Shown here in pieces: positions 23,331 to 33,200 of a stretch of 64,000 bases of DNA. The DNA is taken from positions 1,240,001 to 1,304,000 of the forward strand of contig OZ251241.1 in NCBI GenBank assembly GCA_965240325.2, written 5' to 3'. Position 1 is the stretch's first letter, and each line of letters opens with the position of its first letter. The notes below the pieces were generated by a model. That model saw nothing but the letters and a program-made list of their open reading frames with translations, was not told the DNA's origin and ran no database searches. The DNA is from Rebecca billardiae RCC1528 (taxonomy: Eukaryota > Protista > Haptophyta). The position numbers and the translations under genes were made by a program.

Positions 23331-23757
23331 GGCACCCGCTCCCTCCTCCGGGCGGCGTCCACGACAGGTCGTACCTCGCACTCCGCCCGCCACGCGGTGT
23401 TCAGGCAAAGGGTTGTGGTGACCAGCAATTGGGCGCGTTGGGCGTGTTTACCCAGTCATACATATGGCGGCTGAGCCCTCAATTAATGACTGGGGCTCAT
23501 ACTCTCAACGAAGCAGAGTGCTCTCTCGCACGTTCGGCCGAAACACGCCGTGATCAAGGCCGTCGTCCGTTTGATGGCGGCTGATCGAGAAAAAGGCGGG
23601 TAAAAGATGCGCGGAATCGATGATCAGAACCGACGTAAATCTTGTGCTTGCAGAGACCGAGCAGCGAGAGATCAGAGATTCATGGCTGCCGGATGGAGCC
23701 GTGCTGGTGAGGAACCACGCGGGCATCAAGGGCCGCTGGCGACTGCCCGCAGAGTCT

Positions 23758-25287
23758 TCACCCGGCATTTCCGTCCTCGTCATCGTCCTCCGCCTCGTCG
23801 TCGAGCGCGAGGGTGACGATGTGCGGACTGCCCGTGTGCACGCTTACCGGCACATCGGCGACCGGATCCGCGATGCCAGCGTATCGAAGCATCTCGCGCG
23901 CGGCGGCGGCGTCATTGAGCACTGCCGGGCTCTCGAAGATGGCGACGCGGTCGGGGAAGTCGCGCTGGAGCGCCTGGACCTCGGCGTAGTACTCGTCGTA
24001 GAAGCGCGCCGCCGCCGCCTCGAGCTCGACCGCCGTGTCCAGCGCCGCGGCGCGCGCGCCCTCGCCGCGGTCGGCGGCGCGCGCGGGCATATGGTATTTC
24101 GGGTAGCACACGTCGTACTCCGACGGCACGGCGATGGGCCGCGCGTGCGCGCGCGCGTCGTCGGTCGCAAAGGGCAGGTGGCGCTGCCATCGGAAGAAGC
24201 GCACGATGCTCTCGATCGTCGGCGCGCGCGCGCGCCGCAGCGCGAGCACGCGCACCGCCGGGCAGAGCCGGAGGTACGCGCGCGCGTACGGCAGGTGCCA
24301 TGCGGCCACGTCGCCCACGATGGCGCCCGGCCGCTGCAGCAGCGCGTGCAGCCGGCGGAAGGCGCGCGGCGGGACGCGCGCGTCGTCCGCGCCTCCCGAC
24401 GGCCACGGCACCCCGTCGCACTGCCGCCACTCGTGCGTCACCAGCTCCTCGGCTTGCGCACCCTCGGGGCGCGCGCCCTCGGGGTGCGCGCCGGCGGCGG
24501 CGGCTCCGCGCTTGGCGCCTCCGGCGCGCCCGGCGCCGCCAGGCTGCTGCTGCGCCTGGCGCTGGGCTTCGAGCTCGAGCAGCCGCGCGAGGCTCGTCGT
24601 GCCCGAGCGCACGGTGCCCAGCCCGATGACCACGCGCCGCTCCTCGCCCGCCGCGCCCCGCGCGCTCAGCACGTTGCGCACGGAGCCCAGGTGCGCGCCC
24701 ATCGCCAGCCGCTCCTGGGCAAAAGCGAGCGTGCGCGCATGCGCGCGCGCGCTCAGCGCGTGCGCGGCGGCGAAGGCGTCGAGCTCGGCGAGCACGTCGG
24801 CGCCCTCGCGGATCATCAGCATGCGCTGCGCGCCGCCCGCGCGCACGCGCACCGCGAGCACCAGCGTCGGCCCGCAGTCGGCGGGCGCGCAGCGCACGGC
24901 CACTTCGCGCGCCGCCTCGCACGGTCGGCCCTCGACCACAAGGCGCACCTCGTGCAGCCCGGCGCCGAGGATGCGGCGCGTGTCGACGGGGATGAGCGAG
25001 CCCGCCGCGATCCGCCCCTCGCGCGCGAGCGGCACGCTGAAGATCGCGCTCGCGTTGATGAGCAGCCCGAGCGGCTGCATGCTCGCCGGTTCGAACGGGG
25101 CGTCCGCGCGGATTCGAACGACGGACGCGCCGTCCGCCTCGGCGGGCAGGACGTGCAGCGCGCGGCAGAGCGGGTGGGGCTCGAGCGCGCCGTCGCCCGC
25201 CTCGCACGCCGGCTCACCACCGCCGCTCGCTGTGCCCAGCGCGCAGGCCAGCAGCAGCGCGCCGCCAGCCGCCATCACGCCCGCCAT
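23758..25287 (-). CDS. Secreted/Golgi sulfotransferase-like P-loop protein
   Basis: Signal peptide; VIGLGTVRSGTTSLARLL resembles a 5'-PAPS-binding loop; later VLALRR...TIES motif. Confidence 0.7.
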   Translation of the reverse strand: MAGVMAAGGALLLACALGTASGGGEPACEAGDGALEPHPLCRALHVLPAEADGASVVRIRADAPFEPASMQPLGLLINASAIFSVPLAREGRIAAGSLIPVDTRRILGAGLHEVRLVVEGRPCEAAREVAVRCAPADCGPTLVLAVRVRAGGAQRMLMIREGADVLAELDAFAAAHALSARAHARTLAFAQERLAMGAHLGSVRNVLSARGAAGEERRVVIGLGTVRSGTTSLARLLELEAQRQAQQQPGGAGRAGGAKRGAAAAGAHPEGARPEGAQAEELVTHEWRQCDGVPWPSGGADDARVPPRAFRRLHALLQRPGAIVGDVAAWHLPYARAYLRLCPAVRVLALRRARAPTIESIVRFFRWQRHLPFATDDARAHARPIAVPSEYDVCYPKYHMPARAADRGEGARAAALDTAVELEAAAARFYDEYYAEVQALQRDFPDRVAIFESPAVLNDAAAAREMLRYAGIADPVADVPVSVHTGSPHIVTLALDDEAEDDDEDGNAG

Positions 25288-25682
25288 TTTCCGTCCGTAC
25301 CACGGCGGTACTGTGCATACAGTTGACGCACAACACACTTTTACCTGATGCTCCCCCCCCGACTCCTCTACCGTATTGGCAAATACGACAATGTCCGCGC
25401 GCGCGATCTCGATTCTTTGTATGTGGCGTGGGGATTACTTTCATACAAACCGGCCTCCTAGGACAACCTACAAGAATGTGTGGAGAAGTACTCGCTCGCA
25501 TATGCCATTCGTACTTTCCTATGCCGTGCTGAACGCCTTGCCGTTTCGATAACCGACCAAAAGCGTCGTCGGTATGCCGCCGACGCCGTTCGAAGCGTGC
25601 ATGTGGCCACGCCTCCGAGTTTTTGCAGACAACGAGACGTGTGGCCCTTGCCGCCCTGGCCGGCGCAACGGCGGTGGCCGCG

Positions 25683-28400
25683 ATGGCCGAAAAACCGCCG
25701 AAGCCGCCGAGCCCGGCCGCGGTTGTCCTCGAAGCTCTTTGCCGTACGTCGGCCTGCGTCCCAGAGTGGATGCACGGCCCACGAGAGGAGGTCGAGCGTG
25801 CAATTCCGTTTGCTCGTGGCGTGGTCCGGCGTGAATCCGCCGGGATGCCGACGGAGCCGCTCGCGACGCGCGGGCTGCACATGGCGGGCGTCGACCCCCT
25901 CGACGCGACGGAGACGCACATCGCCATGTTCACACGCGCGCTGCGCTGCACGCCCGCGCACATGCCCGACGCTCGTGCGTGCGTCTGGCGCGCGCTGCGC
26001 GAGGCGCAGGGCCGTCCCCGCCCGGTGCCCGCTAGGCGACAGCCGCGCGCGACGCGCGGGCTCGATTTGCCGGGTGTCGACGCCTCCGACGAGACGGGCA
26101 CCCAGATTGCTGTGCTCGAGCGCGTCACACGCGCCGTGCCCGCGCACATGCATCACGTTCTCGCACGCGCGCAACGCGCGCTGGACGTGGCACGCCGGCG
26201 TGCCGTTGCTGAGCAGCAACACGCGCTCACGGACGCGCGCACACGCGATCGGGCGCTGGCGACGGAGGCGCGCCTGGCGAGGCGACGCGCGCGCGCGGCA
26301 CAAGCGCAGCGCGCACGTGAGCGCGTGCGCGCACGCGCCCGCCAAAGCGGAGCTGGCCGGCATGTGTTCGCGCAAGGGCGCCAGCGCATCTTTGGTGGCG
26401 GCGGCCCGGAGCGCACGCGCAGGCGGCGAGGCCGCAGCAGGTCCAAATCTCGGAGCCGGCCGTCACGCGCCTTGCCCGACTCACGCGCTGGCGAGCGTCC
26501 GGCCGCACCGCGCCAAGCCAACCTCAACAAGGCTTCTATCATGCGCAAGGCGACCGCCGAGCAGCGCCGCGCGCTCGACGGCGTGAGCGCAGCAGTGGAG
26601 CTCGCAGAAGGTGGTGGGGCAGAGGGCGCACGACGCGAGGCGTGGGTCGCGAGCGTGCGCGCCGCGTGCACGGCGTTGCGCGTGCCCGACGCTCGCACGC
26701 TCGTCTCCAACGACGACGTCGCGCTGCTCGACGTGGCGATGATGACCGTCGCGCGCGCTTGGCTGCTCCGACACGGCCGCGCGCCGCCACCGCATCTGCT
26801 CGAGGCACCACCCGCGGCTGAGCTGCGAGCGCTCTCCGCTGTCGCTCGCGCCTCGAGGGCGGAATCCGGCTGGCGAGACGTGGCGTTCGCCGTCGCTCAC
26901 GCGCGGCTACGACGCCAGCGGGCCGCGCGCGCCATCCAACGGCGCGCACGCCCGCTCTGGCGCATCCGCGGCACCGCCGCTGGCGCGAGTGTGGAGTTGG
27001 GCCGTGCGCCGCGGCGCGTGGGCGCGGTGCGCGGCGCGCTCGGCATCGTCTGCATGGAGCGGCGGCGCGCGAGGCTGATGGCCGACGAGGAGATGCTGAT
27101 GCCCGGTGGCGACTACTTCTACACGCCCATGGCGTACGCGCCGGGTGCGATCGCCGGCGCCGAGCTCGCGTCGCCGCTGCAGCTGCCGTCGTCGCACGAC
27201 CGCATCGCGTCGACCTCTGCCGGGCAGCACTCGCGCTCAGCCTCGGGCTGCTGCTCTGCGGCAGGCTGCGCCGCGCGCGTGGGCCGCCCAGCGCCCGTCG
27301 CGGCGGACGTGCTGTACGCGGTGCCGTGCGCGCACGACGGCGCACCGCATCGTGATCGTGCGGCGAGCGAGGCGGACACGGCGCGACCGTGCGGAGCTGG
27401 CGAGCAGGGCGGGCCCTTGGCGCCAAGTTTGGCGGCGCGCCCCGGCGCGCACGCGGACGGCAGCATCCAGCTCAGCGCGCGCGTGCGCGGAGGCGGCGCA
27501 TCGCTGGCCGCGGTGCTGGGCGCGGACGGGCTGGCTGACGTGCTCAGCGTCATCACGACGCGCTCCGAGTCCACACTCTTCTCGGCCGAGCAGAGCCTCG
27601 CCGTGCTCGAGAGCAGTCTGACTTATGGCTCAGCCTCTCAGCATCCCGCGCTGAGCAATGTCTCACTCGACCAGTGCCACAGGCATCGCCGCCGCCTGCG
27701 CGCGCTGCTGGCGGAGCACGCACCCGCCGCCGCTACGCGCCTGGACTCGCACCGCGCTTCAAGCGCACGCGGCGGCGCTGCTCCATCCGCCTCGGCCGCG
27801 ACGGCTGCCCCGCAGACCGACGCGCACCGTGCCCCGAGCACGCGCGATGGCGCCGCAGCCGCTGACCACCGCGTGCCCCACCTGCCGCGGTCGGAGTCGA
27901 CGGCGCCGCGTCCGTCCACGACGAAGCCGGCGGCGGACGGGAGCGCCACCTTGCCGCCGCCGGCCACGTTGCTGCTGGAGGTTCTCGGCGACGAGGCGCA
28001 TGCGCGCGTGTGCGCGCTCATCAGCTCGCGCTCGCGGTCGCACCTCTTCTCGCTCGAGCAGAGCCTCGCGGTGTTGGAGACGGGCGTGGCTGGCGCGCCG
28101 CCGGGCAACCACGCGCTCCTCGCCGACCTCAAGCCCCAGCAGTGCTACTCGCATCGCTGGACGCTGCACAACCTGCTGCGCGGCGAGTGCGCCGACGCGC
28201 TCGAGCGCCTACAAGCTGTGGGCATAAAACATAGTAAACTGTACCGTATTACCAGTCACCAGTTTCCAGGACTCTCTTCGCGGAGAGCGTGCGAAACTGT
28301 ACCGCGGACTTTTGCCGCCATGCAAGCTGAACACGATGTCCGCCAGCTTGCATGGACAAGAGGACGAGGCGCCGATTCTAGCGCACTCGGCCGGAGATGA
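25683..28400 (+). CDS. Hypothetical protein with an IQ-like motif and two copies of a ~65-aa module
   Basis: Long ORF; AARAIQRRAR; repeated LFS.EQSLAVLE...H..L.....QC..HR..L..LL. The 3' end is uncertain because it overlaps the next gene. Confidence 0.6.
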   Translation: MAEKPPKPPSPAAVVLEALCRTSACVPEWMHGPREEVERAIPFARGVVRRESAGMPTEPLATRGLHMAGVDPLDATETHIAMFTRALRCTPAHMPDARACVWRALREAQGRPRPVPARRQPRATRGLDLPGVDASDETGTQIAVLERVTRAVPAHMHHVLARAQRALDVARRRAVAEQQHALTDARTRDRALATEARLARRRARAAQAQRARERVRARARQSGAGRHVFAQGRQRIFGGGGPERTRRRRGRSRSKSRSRPSRALPDSRAGERPAAPRQANLNKASIMRKATAEQRRALDGVSAAVELAEGGGAEGARREAWVASVRAACTALRVPDARTLVSNDDVALLDVAMMTVARAWLLRHGRAPPPHLLEAPPAAELRALSAVARASRAESGWRDVAFAVAHARLRRQRAARAIQRRARPLWRIRGTAAGASVELGRAPRRVGAVRGALGIVCMERRRARLMADEEMLMPGGDYFYTPMAYAPGAIAGAELASPLQLPSSHDRIASTSAGQHSRSASGCCSAAGCAARVGRPAPVAADVLYAVPCAHDGAPHRDRAASEADTARPCGAGEQGGPLAPSLAARPGAHADGSIQLSARVRGGGASLAAVLGADGLADVLSVITTRSESTLFSAEQSLAVLESSLTYGSASQHPALSNVSLDQCHRHRRRLRALLAEHAPAAATRLDSHRASSARGGAAPSASAATAAPQTDAHRAPSTRDGAAAADHRVPHLPRSESTAPRPSTTKPAADGSATLPPPATLLLEVLGDEAHARVCALISSRSRSHLFSLEQSLAVLETGVAGAPPGNHALLADLKPQQCYSHRWTLHNLLRGECADALERLQAVGIKHSKLYRITSHQFPGLSSRRACETVPRTFAAMQAEHDVRQLAWTRGRGADSSALGRR

Positions 28401-29220
28401 TCGCGCTGAGGAAGCGCGCTCGCAGGGACGCACCGCCGCCGTCGTCGCCGTACTTACGCTCGTGCAGCTTGGCTTCGCGGTGAGCACCGTGCTGTGCGGC
28501 GCTGCAATGCGCGATTCGCGCGTCCATCCTCTCGTAGTTGCGTTGGAGCGCGATGTGCTGGGCGCGTCCATCCTCTTCGTTGCGGCCCACCTGTGCGGCG
28601 CGTCGGCGTGGCCCCACGCGCGCGATATCAGCGTGCTCTGCGCGATCGGCGTGTCGCACGGCTGCGGCCAAACCTTCATGCTGGCCTCCCTCAAGCACAT
28701 CTCGGTCCTCAATGCCTCGGTGCTGGCCGCGCTGATGCCCGCGTCGACGATGCTCCTCGGCCACGCCGCGGGCATCGAGCTACTCGCGCTTGGATCGGCG
28801 GCTGGACGGTACAAGGCAAGCGGGCTGTGCGTAGCCGTGCTTGGCGGCCTTGCCCTCGTCCGAGCACAGCATGACGCCGACCCTGGCGCGAGAAGTGTGC
28901 ATGATCTCGTCGTGGGCAACGCGTACGCGCTCGCCTTCTGCGTCGGCGGCTCGGTCTTCCCGCTGCTGCAGCGCCGCGTGCTTGACACGTCGCCCATGGC
29001 GCCGATCACTCTCGCCGCCTGGAGCAACGCGTTCACCGCAGCGGCTCTCGTCCTCGCGCTGCCAGCCGCGCGGCTGCCTGCGAGCTGGTGGGTGCTGCCG
29101 CGCCAGGCGTGGTTCGCCCTCGGTTATGTGGTGCTCATCACCTCGGCCTTCAACTACGCGTGTCTCGCCTGGTGCAATGCGAACTCATCCGCCGTCTTCG
29201 TTCAGATGATTCAGATGTGA
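28336..29220 (+). CDS. EamA/DMT (WAT1-like) transporter, C-terminus truncated or spliced
   Basis: About 8 TM helices; HPLVVALERD, LKHISVLNAS..LMP, GNAY, APITLAAW, LGYVVLITSAFNY. Confidence 0.8.
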   Translation: MSASLHGQEDEAPILAHSAGDDRAEEARSQGRTAAVVAVLTLVQLGFAVSTVLCGAAMRDSRVHPLVVALERDVLGASILFVAAHLCGASAWPHARDISVLCAIGVSHGCGQTFMLASLKHISVLNASVLAALMPASTMLLGHAAGIELLALGSAAGRYKASGLCVAVLGGLALVRAQHDADPGARSVHDLVVGNAYALAFCVGGSVFPLLQRRVLDTSPMAPITLAAWSNAFTAAALVLALPAARLPASWWVLPRQAWFALGYVVLITSAFNYACLAWCNANSSAVFVQMIQM

Positions 29221-29477
29221 GATGTTATGTGACGTCCGCGACTTAGCTGACAGTGTCACTGTCTGAGACAACGGTGTGATGTGCCTGCGAGAATGTCAGA
29301 ATGATGGTCCCATACATCTATATATTGGCCATTAGCCCAGGCTTGGCAAGGCCACCGAGGCCCGTTGCCAAGGGCAAGGGCAAGGCCCGTGGTCCCGGTC
29401 GAGCATCGGACAGGTGGAGCCGTCGAGCCGCCCGGGCGTCGGGCGGCACGCTCCGCAGTCACGGCACGGCGGACTGC

Positions 29478-29792
29478 TCAGGCGGGCGCCGTCGTGCGAG
29501 ACTCCATGTGGACGACAGCGTACTTGTACGTGTTCTCCCGCACGACGGAATCGTTGTGGATGTCGACCACGGGCCGCAGCTGCTTCCAGTAGTGGGCGCC
29601 ATGCATGGGCAGCGGCTGCGCCAGCCTCTCGCGGTTTGCGGCGATCACCTTCTCCTGCGAGGCGATGTGCGCCGCCAGGCGCTTCTCGTCAGCGACGGGA
29701 TCACCCATGAAGCTTTTGGCGATGAACTTGGTGATCGGGTGCATCGAGCCCATCCGGTCGATCTGGTGCTCGGTCCGGGGGTCCAGCGACAT
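29478..29792 (-). CDS. Putative complex I accessory subunit, NDUP1(P1)/NDUFB5-like (104 aa)
   Basis: HPITKFIAKSFMGDP resembles the animal NDUFB5 HPI..IA motif. M.DP...HI...A.P...G matches plant P1 as recalled. GC3-rich codons. Confidence 0.62.
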   Translation of the reverse strand: MSLDPRTEHQIDRMGSMHPITKFIAKSFMGDPVADEKRLAAHIASQEKVIAANRERLAQPLPMHGAHYWKQLRPVVDIHNDSVVRENTYKYAVVHMESRTTAPA

Positions 29793-29840
29793 TTGGAAGG
29801 CGCCATTGTGCCGGCCCGCGTCGTTGACGGGATGCCGCCA

Positions 29841-29886
29841 CAGTTGACTAAGAATAAGAGACGCACACAGCTCAGGCAGGCGAGAT
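29841..29886 (+). repeat. Solo Tc1/mariner-like end (copy 2)
   Basis: CAGTTGACTAAGAATAAGAGACGCACACAGCTCAGGCAGGCGAG. Confidence 0.6.
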
Positions 29887-30297
29887 ACTACTACGAACTG
29901 TACAGCATACAGTACAGTACTGACTACTTGAGACTGTGACTCACGCATTGATGTAGGCAGCATGGCGGACCCGCATCAAGGTCGAGGACTCCGGCCTTGG
30001 ACGCAGAGCTCTCACCTCTCCGCGAGCGAGCGTTCAACTACGCGCAGAGCGAGCTGTAGAGCCGGGTTTGTATGGGCCAGCAGATGTACACCGGCGGGTC
30101 GCTCTGCGACACCACCAGCAGAAATAAGGGCAGTGGCACGCGGATGCTAATCGATGGCCTCGCGACGGTCCCGATCAGTCGCACGCACTGCGCGCGAGCA
30201 CACTCAGCACTTAGTCACTGCTGTTCCGGCGGGCCCGCGCCGTTCGAGCGAACGTGCGCGTGCATCAGCCTCGCCACAGCACTCCGCCCGGACCGTC

Positions 30298-33200
30298 TCA
30301 CGCAGAGCCCGGCCACGCGTCGGCGACGGCGTGCCCGCCCTCACGGCCAGGCTCGTCGTGCTCGTGCCGGTCCCCTGGCGCCGCGGTCTCATGCCCCGCG
30401 CCCTGCGCAGTGCCCGAGGGCAGCACGCACCTGAGTGCGCTGAGCAGCGCGTGCGCGACGGGCGCGCGCTCAGGCTCGGCATTCTCAAGCGCGCCCTTCA
30501 GCAGGGCGCCCGCCCGCCCGCCCGCCAGCGCCTCCCGCGCGTCGTCGACGAGCTCGCCGCCGTGCGCCGCGCAGAGGCGACACAGGCTGTGCGCGCAGCG
30601 CGCCGCCTTGGCCGCGAGCGCCGCGTCGGCGTGGTGGGAAAGAGCGACCAGCGAGGGCGCGCACGGGAGCAGCGCGGGCACTCGCGACAGCCAGAAGCGC
30701 GCCGACGCTTCGGAGCCGGGCACCGCCGCGGACGCCTCCGCCGGGAGCTGGGCGATGAAGGCCAGGGCGGTCTGCAGGGTGTCGAGGCCGACGTCGACTG
30801 TGGCATGCGCGAGCGCCGCGCCGCCGTCCGCGCCGCCGTCCGCGCCGCCGTCCGCGACGCCTTCCTCGGCCGCCGCCGCGCACAGCTCGCCGAGCAGCTC
30901 CGGCAGCCCGGCCTCCCACAGCGCCCCCCGGTTCACCCGAGGCGCCTCCAGCAGCCGCAGCAGCAGGATCAGGTGCGCCGGCTGCACGGAGCGCGCGCGC
31001 ACGTACGCTCGCAGCGTCGGCGGCACGGCGGGCGCAATCCCCGCTAGCTGCATGGCGTCGGCCACGCCCGCGCAGAGCTCGGCGGCGGTGCCGGCGAGCG
31101 TGAGCGCGTACAACGGAAGCGGCGCGGCGCGGCCGAGCACCGAGGCGAGCGTGGGCACGAGCTGCGCGCAGCACAGCTCGTCCAGCGCGCGCACGAACGC
31201 GCCCGCGGGCACCACGTCAGCATGGCCGCCAGCATGGCCGCCGTCCTCCGAGTCCGCGGCAAAGTCGTGCTCGCGCGCCAGGGCCTGCGGCGGGCGCGCG
31301 CGGCGCGCGGCGCGGCGCGTGAGCGCGGCCGCGGTGCGTGGGCGCTCGCGCGCGTCTCGGCGCGTGCCGCGCCGCACGCGCGGGCGCGGCCGCGCGACAG
31401 CGCACGCGCGCTCGCCGCTTGCTCGCTCGCGCGGAACGGCCGGGCGGCCGGACGCACCAGCAGCAGCTGCAGCGAGAGCTTGAGACCGTCGAACACGACG
31501 ACGTCCGCCATGGCAGCGCTGCCGACGAGGGCGAGCACGCCGGCGAGCAGCCCGTCGGCCTGCACGGCGCGCACGTGCGCGGAGGGCTCCGAGCGGAGCG
31601 CGGCGCCGGTGGCCCACAGCGCGGCGCTCAGCTCTAGGAGCGCTGAGGCTAGCGCCTCAGCGTCGGCGGCCGCGCCGCCCGTGCCGCCGGCGCCTGCAGA
31701 CGTGGCTCGCCCCGAGCGCGGCCGCGAGGCCGCGGCGTGCAGCCAGCGCGGCAGCGCGCTGAGCAGCGCGGGCGCACTGCTCAGCGGCTGCAGCAGCGGC
31801 GAGCGGCAGAGCCGCGTGAGCGCGCCCACAAGTTCGACGGCGTGCAGTGCGCCGCCACCGCTGCCGGAGTCGGCCGCGCCGCCGCCGGCCGCGCCGCCGC
31901 CGCCGCCCGCGGCGGTGCCCGCGCGCGAGCCGCCGCCGCCGCCGCGCATGCCGCCGCCGCCGCCGCCGCCGAGCATCGCGTCGAGCCTGCCGATCAGCCG
32001 CGCCGCCAGCACCTGCAGCGCCTCGAGCGCGCAGCCCACGCACTGGCTCACATAGGAAGCCTGCTGGTGCATCGGCGCCGCCGTCGGCATACCGGTGCTA
32101 CAGGTCGTACTACTAGTAGTCGTACCCAGCGTCGTACTAGTAGTAGTACTCATAGTCGCAGCGGGGTGTGCGTGCAGGCGGTGGGTGCGGTCGGTGCCGG
32201 TGGCGCCGCTGGCTGCGCCGCCGGCAAAGGCGGCGTGCGGCGCGCGCCGCTCGGGCGAGGGTGCCGTCTGCGAGCGCAGCGCGCGCTCCAGCGAGGCGAG
32301 TGCCTTCGCCTCCAGAGCCTGTGATCGCGATTCAGGCGCACGGGCGCGGGGGCGCAGCGAGCGGGCGCGCGGGCGCGCGGGCGGTCACGGCGGGCGGGGG
32401 CGAGGGACGGCGGCGCACGGCGCGCGGGCGGTTGGCGCCGGGCGCGGCGCTCGGCGCACACGCGCGCGCACCGCGCACGCTGCCCTGAGCGCCACATCGG
32501 GCGCACAGAGCTGCGCCAGGCACAGGGCAGCCTTGGCTCGTGACACGGCCGGCGCGGCGTCGAGCGCCTTGGCGACGGCGCGGCCGAGCGCGCGCTCGTC
32601 CGCGGCGCTCGCGCCGCCGAGCAGCGCCGCGCGCGCGCCGCGCTCGCACAGCGAGAGGCACAGCAGCGAGATCGCCGGCTGCAGCAGCTGCGGCGGCGCG
32701 GGCGCGCGGCCCAGACCCAGAAGCAGCCGCAGCCGCCCGCGGTCGGACGCGAGGCGCAGCCGAAGCGCGCGCGAGCGGAAGGCTATGCGCACGGCCGCGC
32801 TGGCGGCGCTGGCGCGCACCGCGTCGGAGCGCGCGCTGGAGAGGACGGCGACGAGCAGGGCCAGCGTCTCCGCCGTCGCGAGCCGCTCCGCGAGCGGCGG
32901 CGGCGGCGCGCCCGCCGCGCCCGCCGCGCCGCCGCGTGAGACGGCGCGGCCGGCGGTCGGCGCGCGCGACGTGAGTCGGCTACCGGCGCCGTCGCCGCCG
33001 GCGGTGGCGGCGGCGGCGGCGGCGGCGGAGGCGGAGACGGAGGCGCCGCCGCCGAGCGCGTCCGCCGCCGTGATGTTCTCGATCGCCTTCACCGCGTAGT
33101 GCGTCACCAGCTCGTCCTCGGACGGGCGCAGCGCGCGGACGATGGCTGCGACGGCCGCGGACGGTACCGCGCGCCAGCCGGAGGGCGGCGGCGGCGGCGG

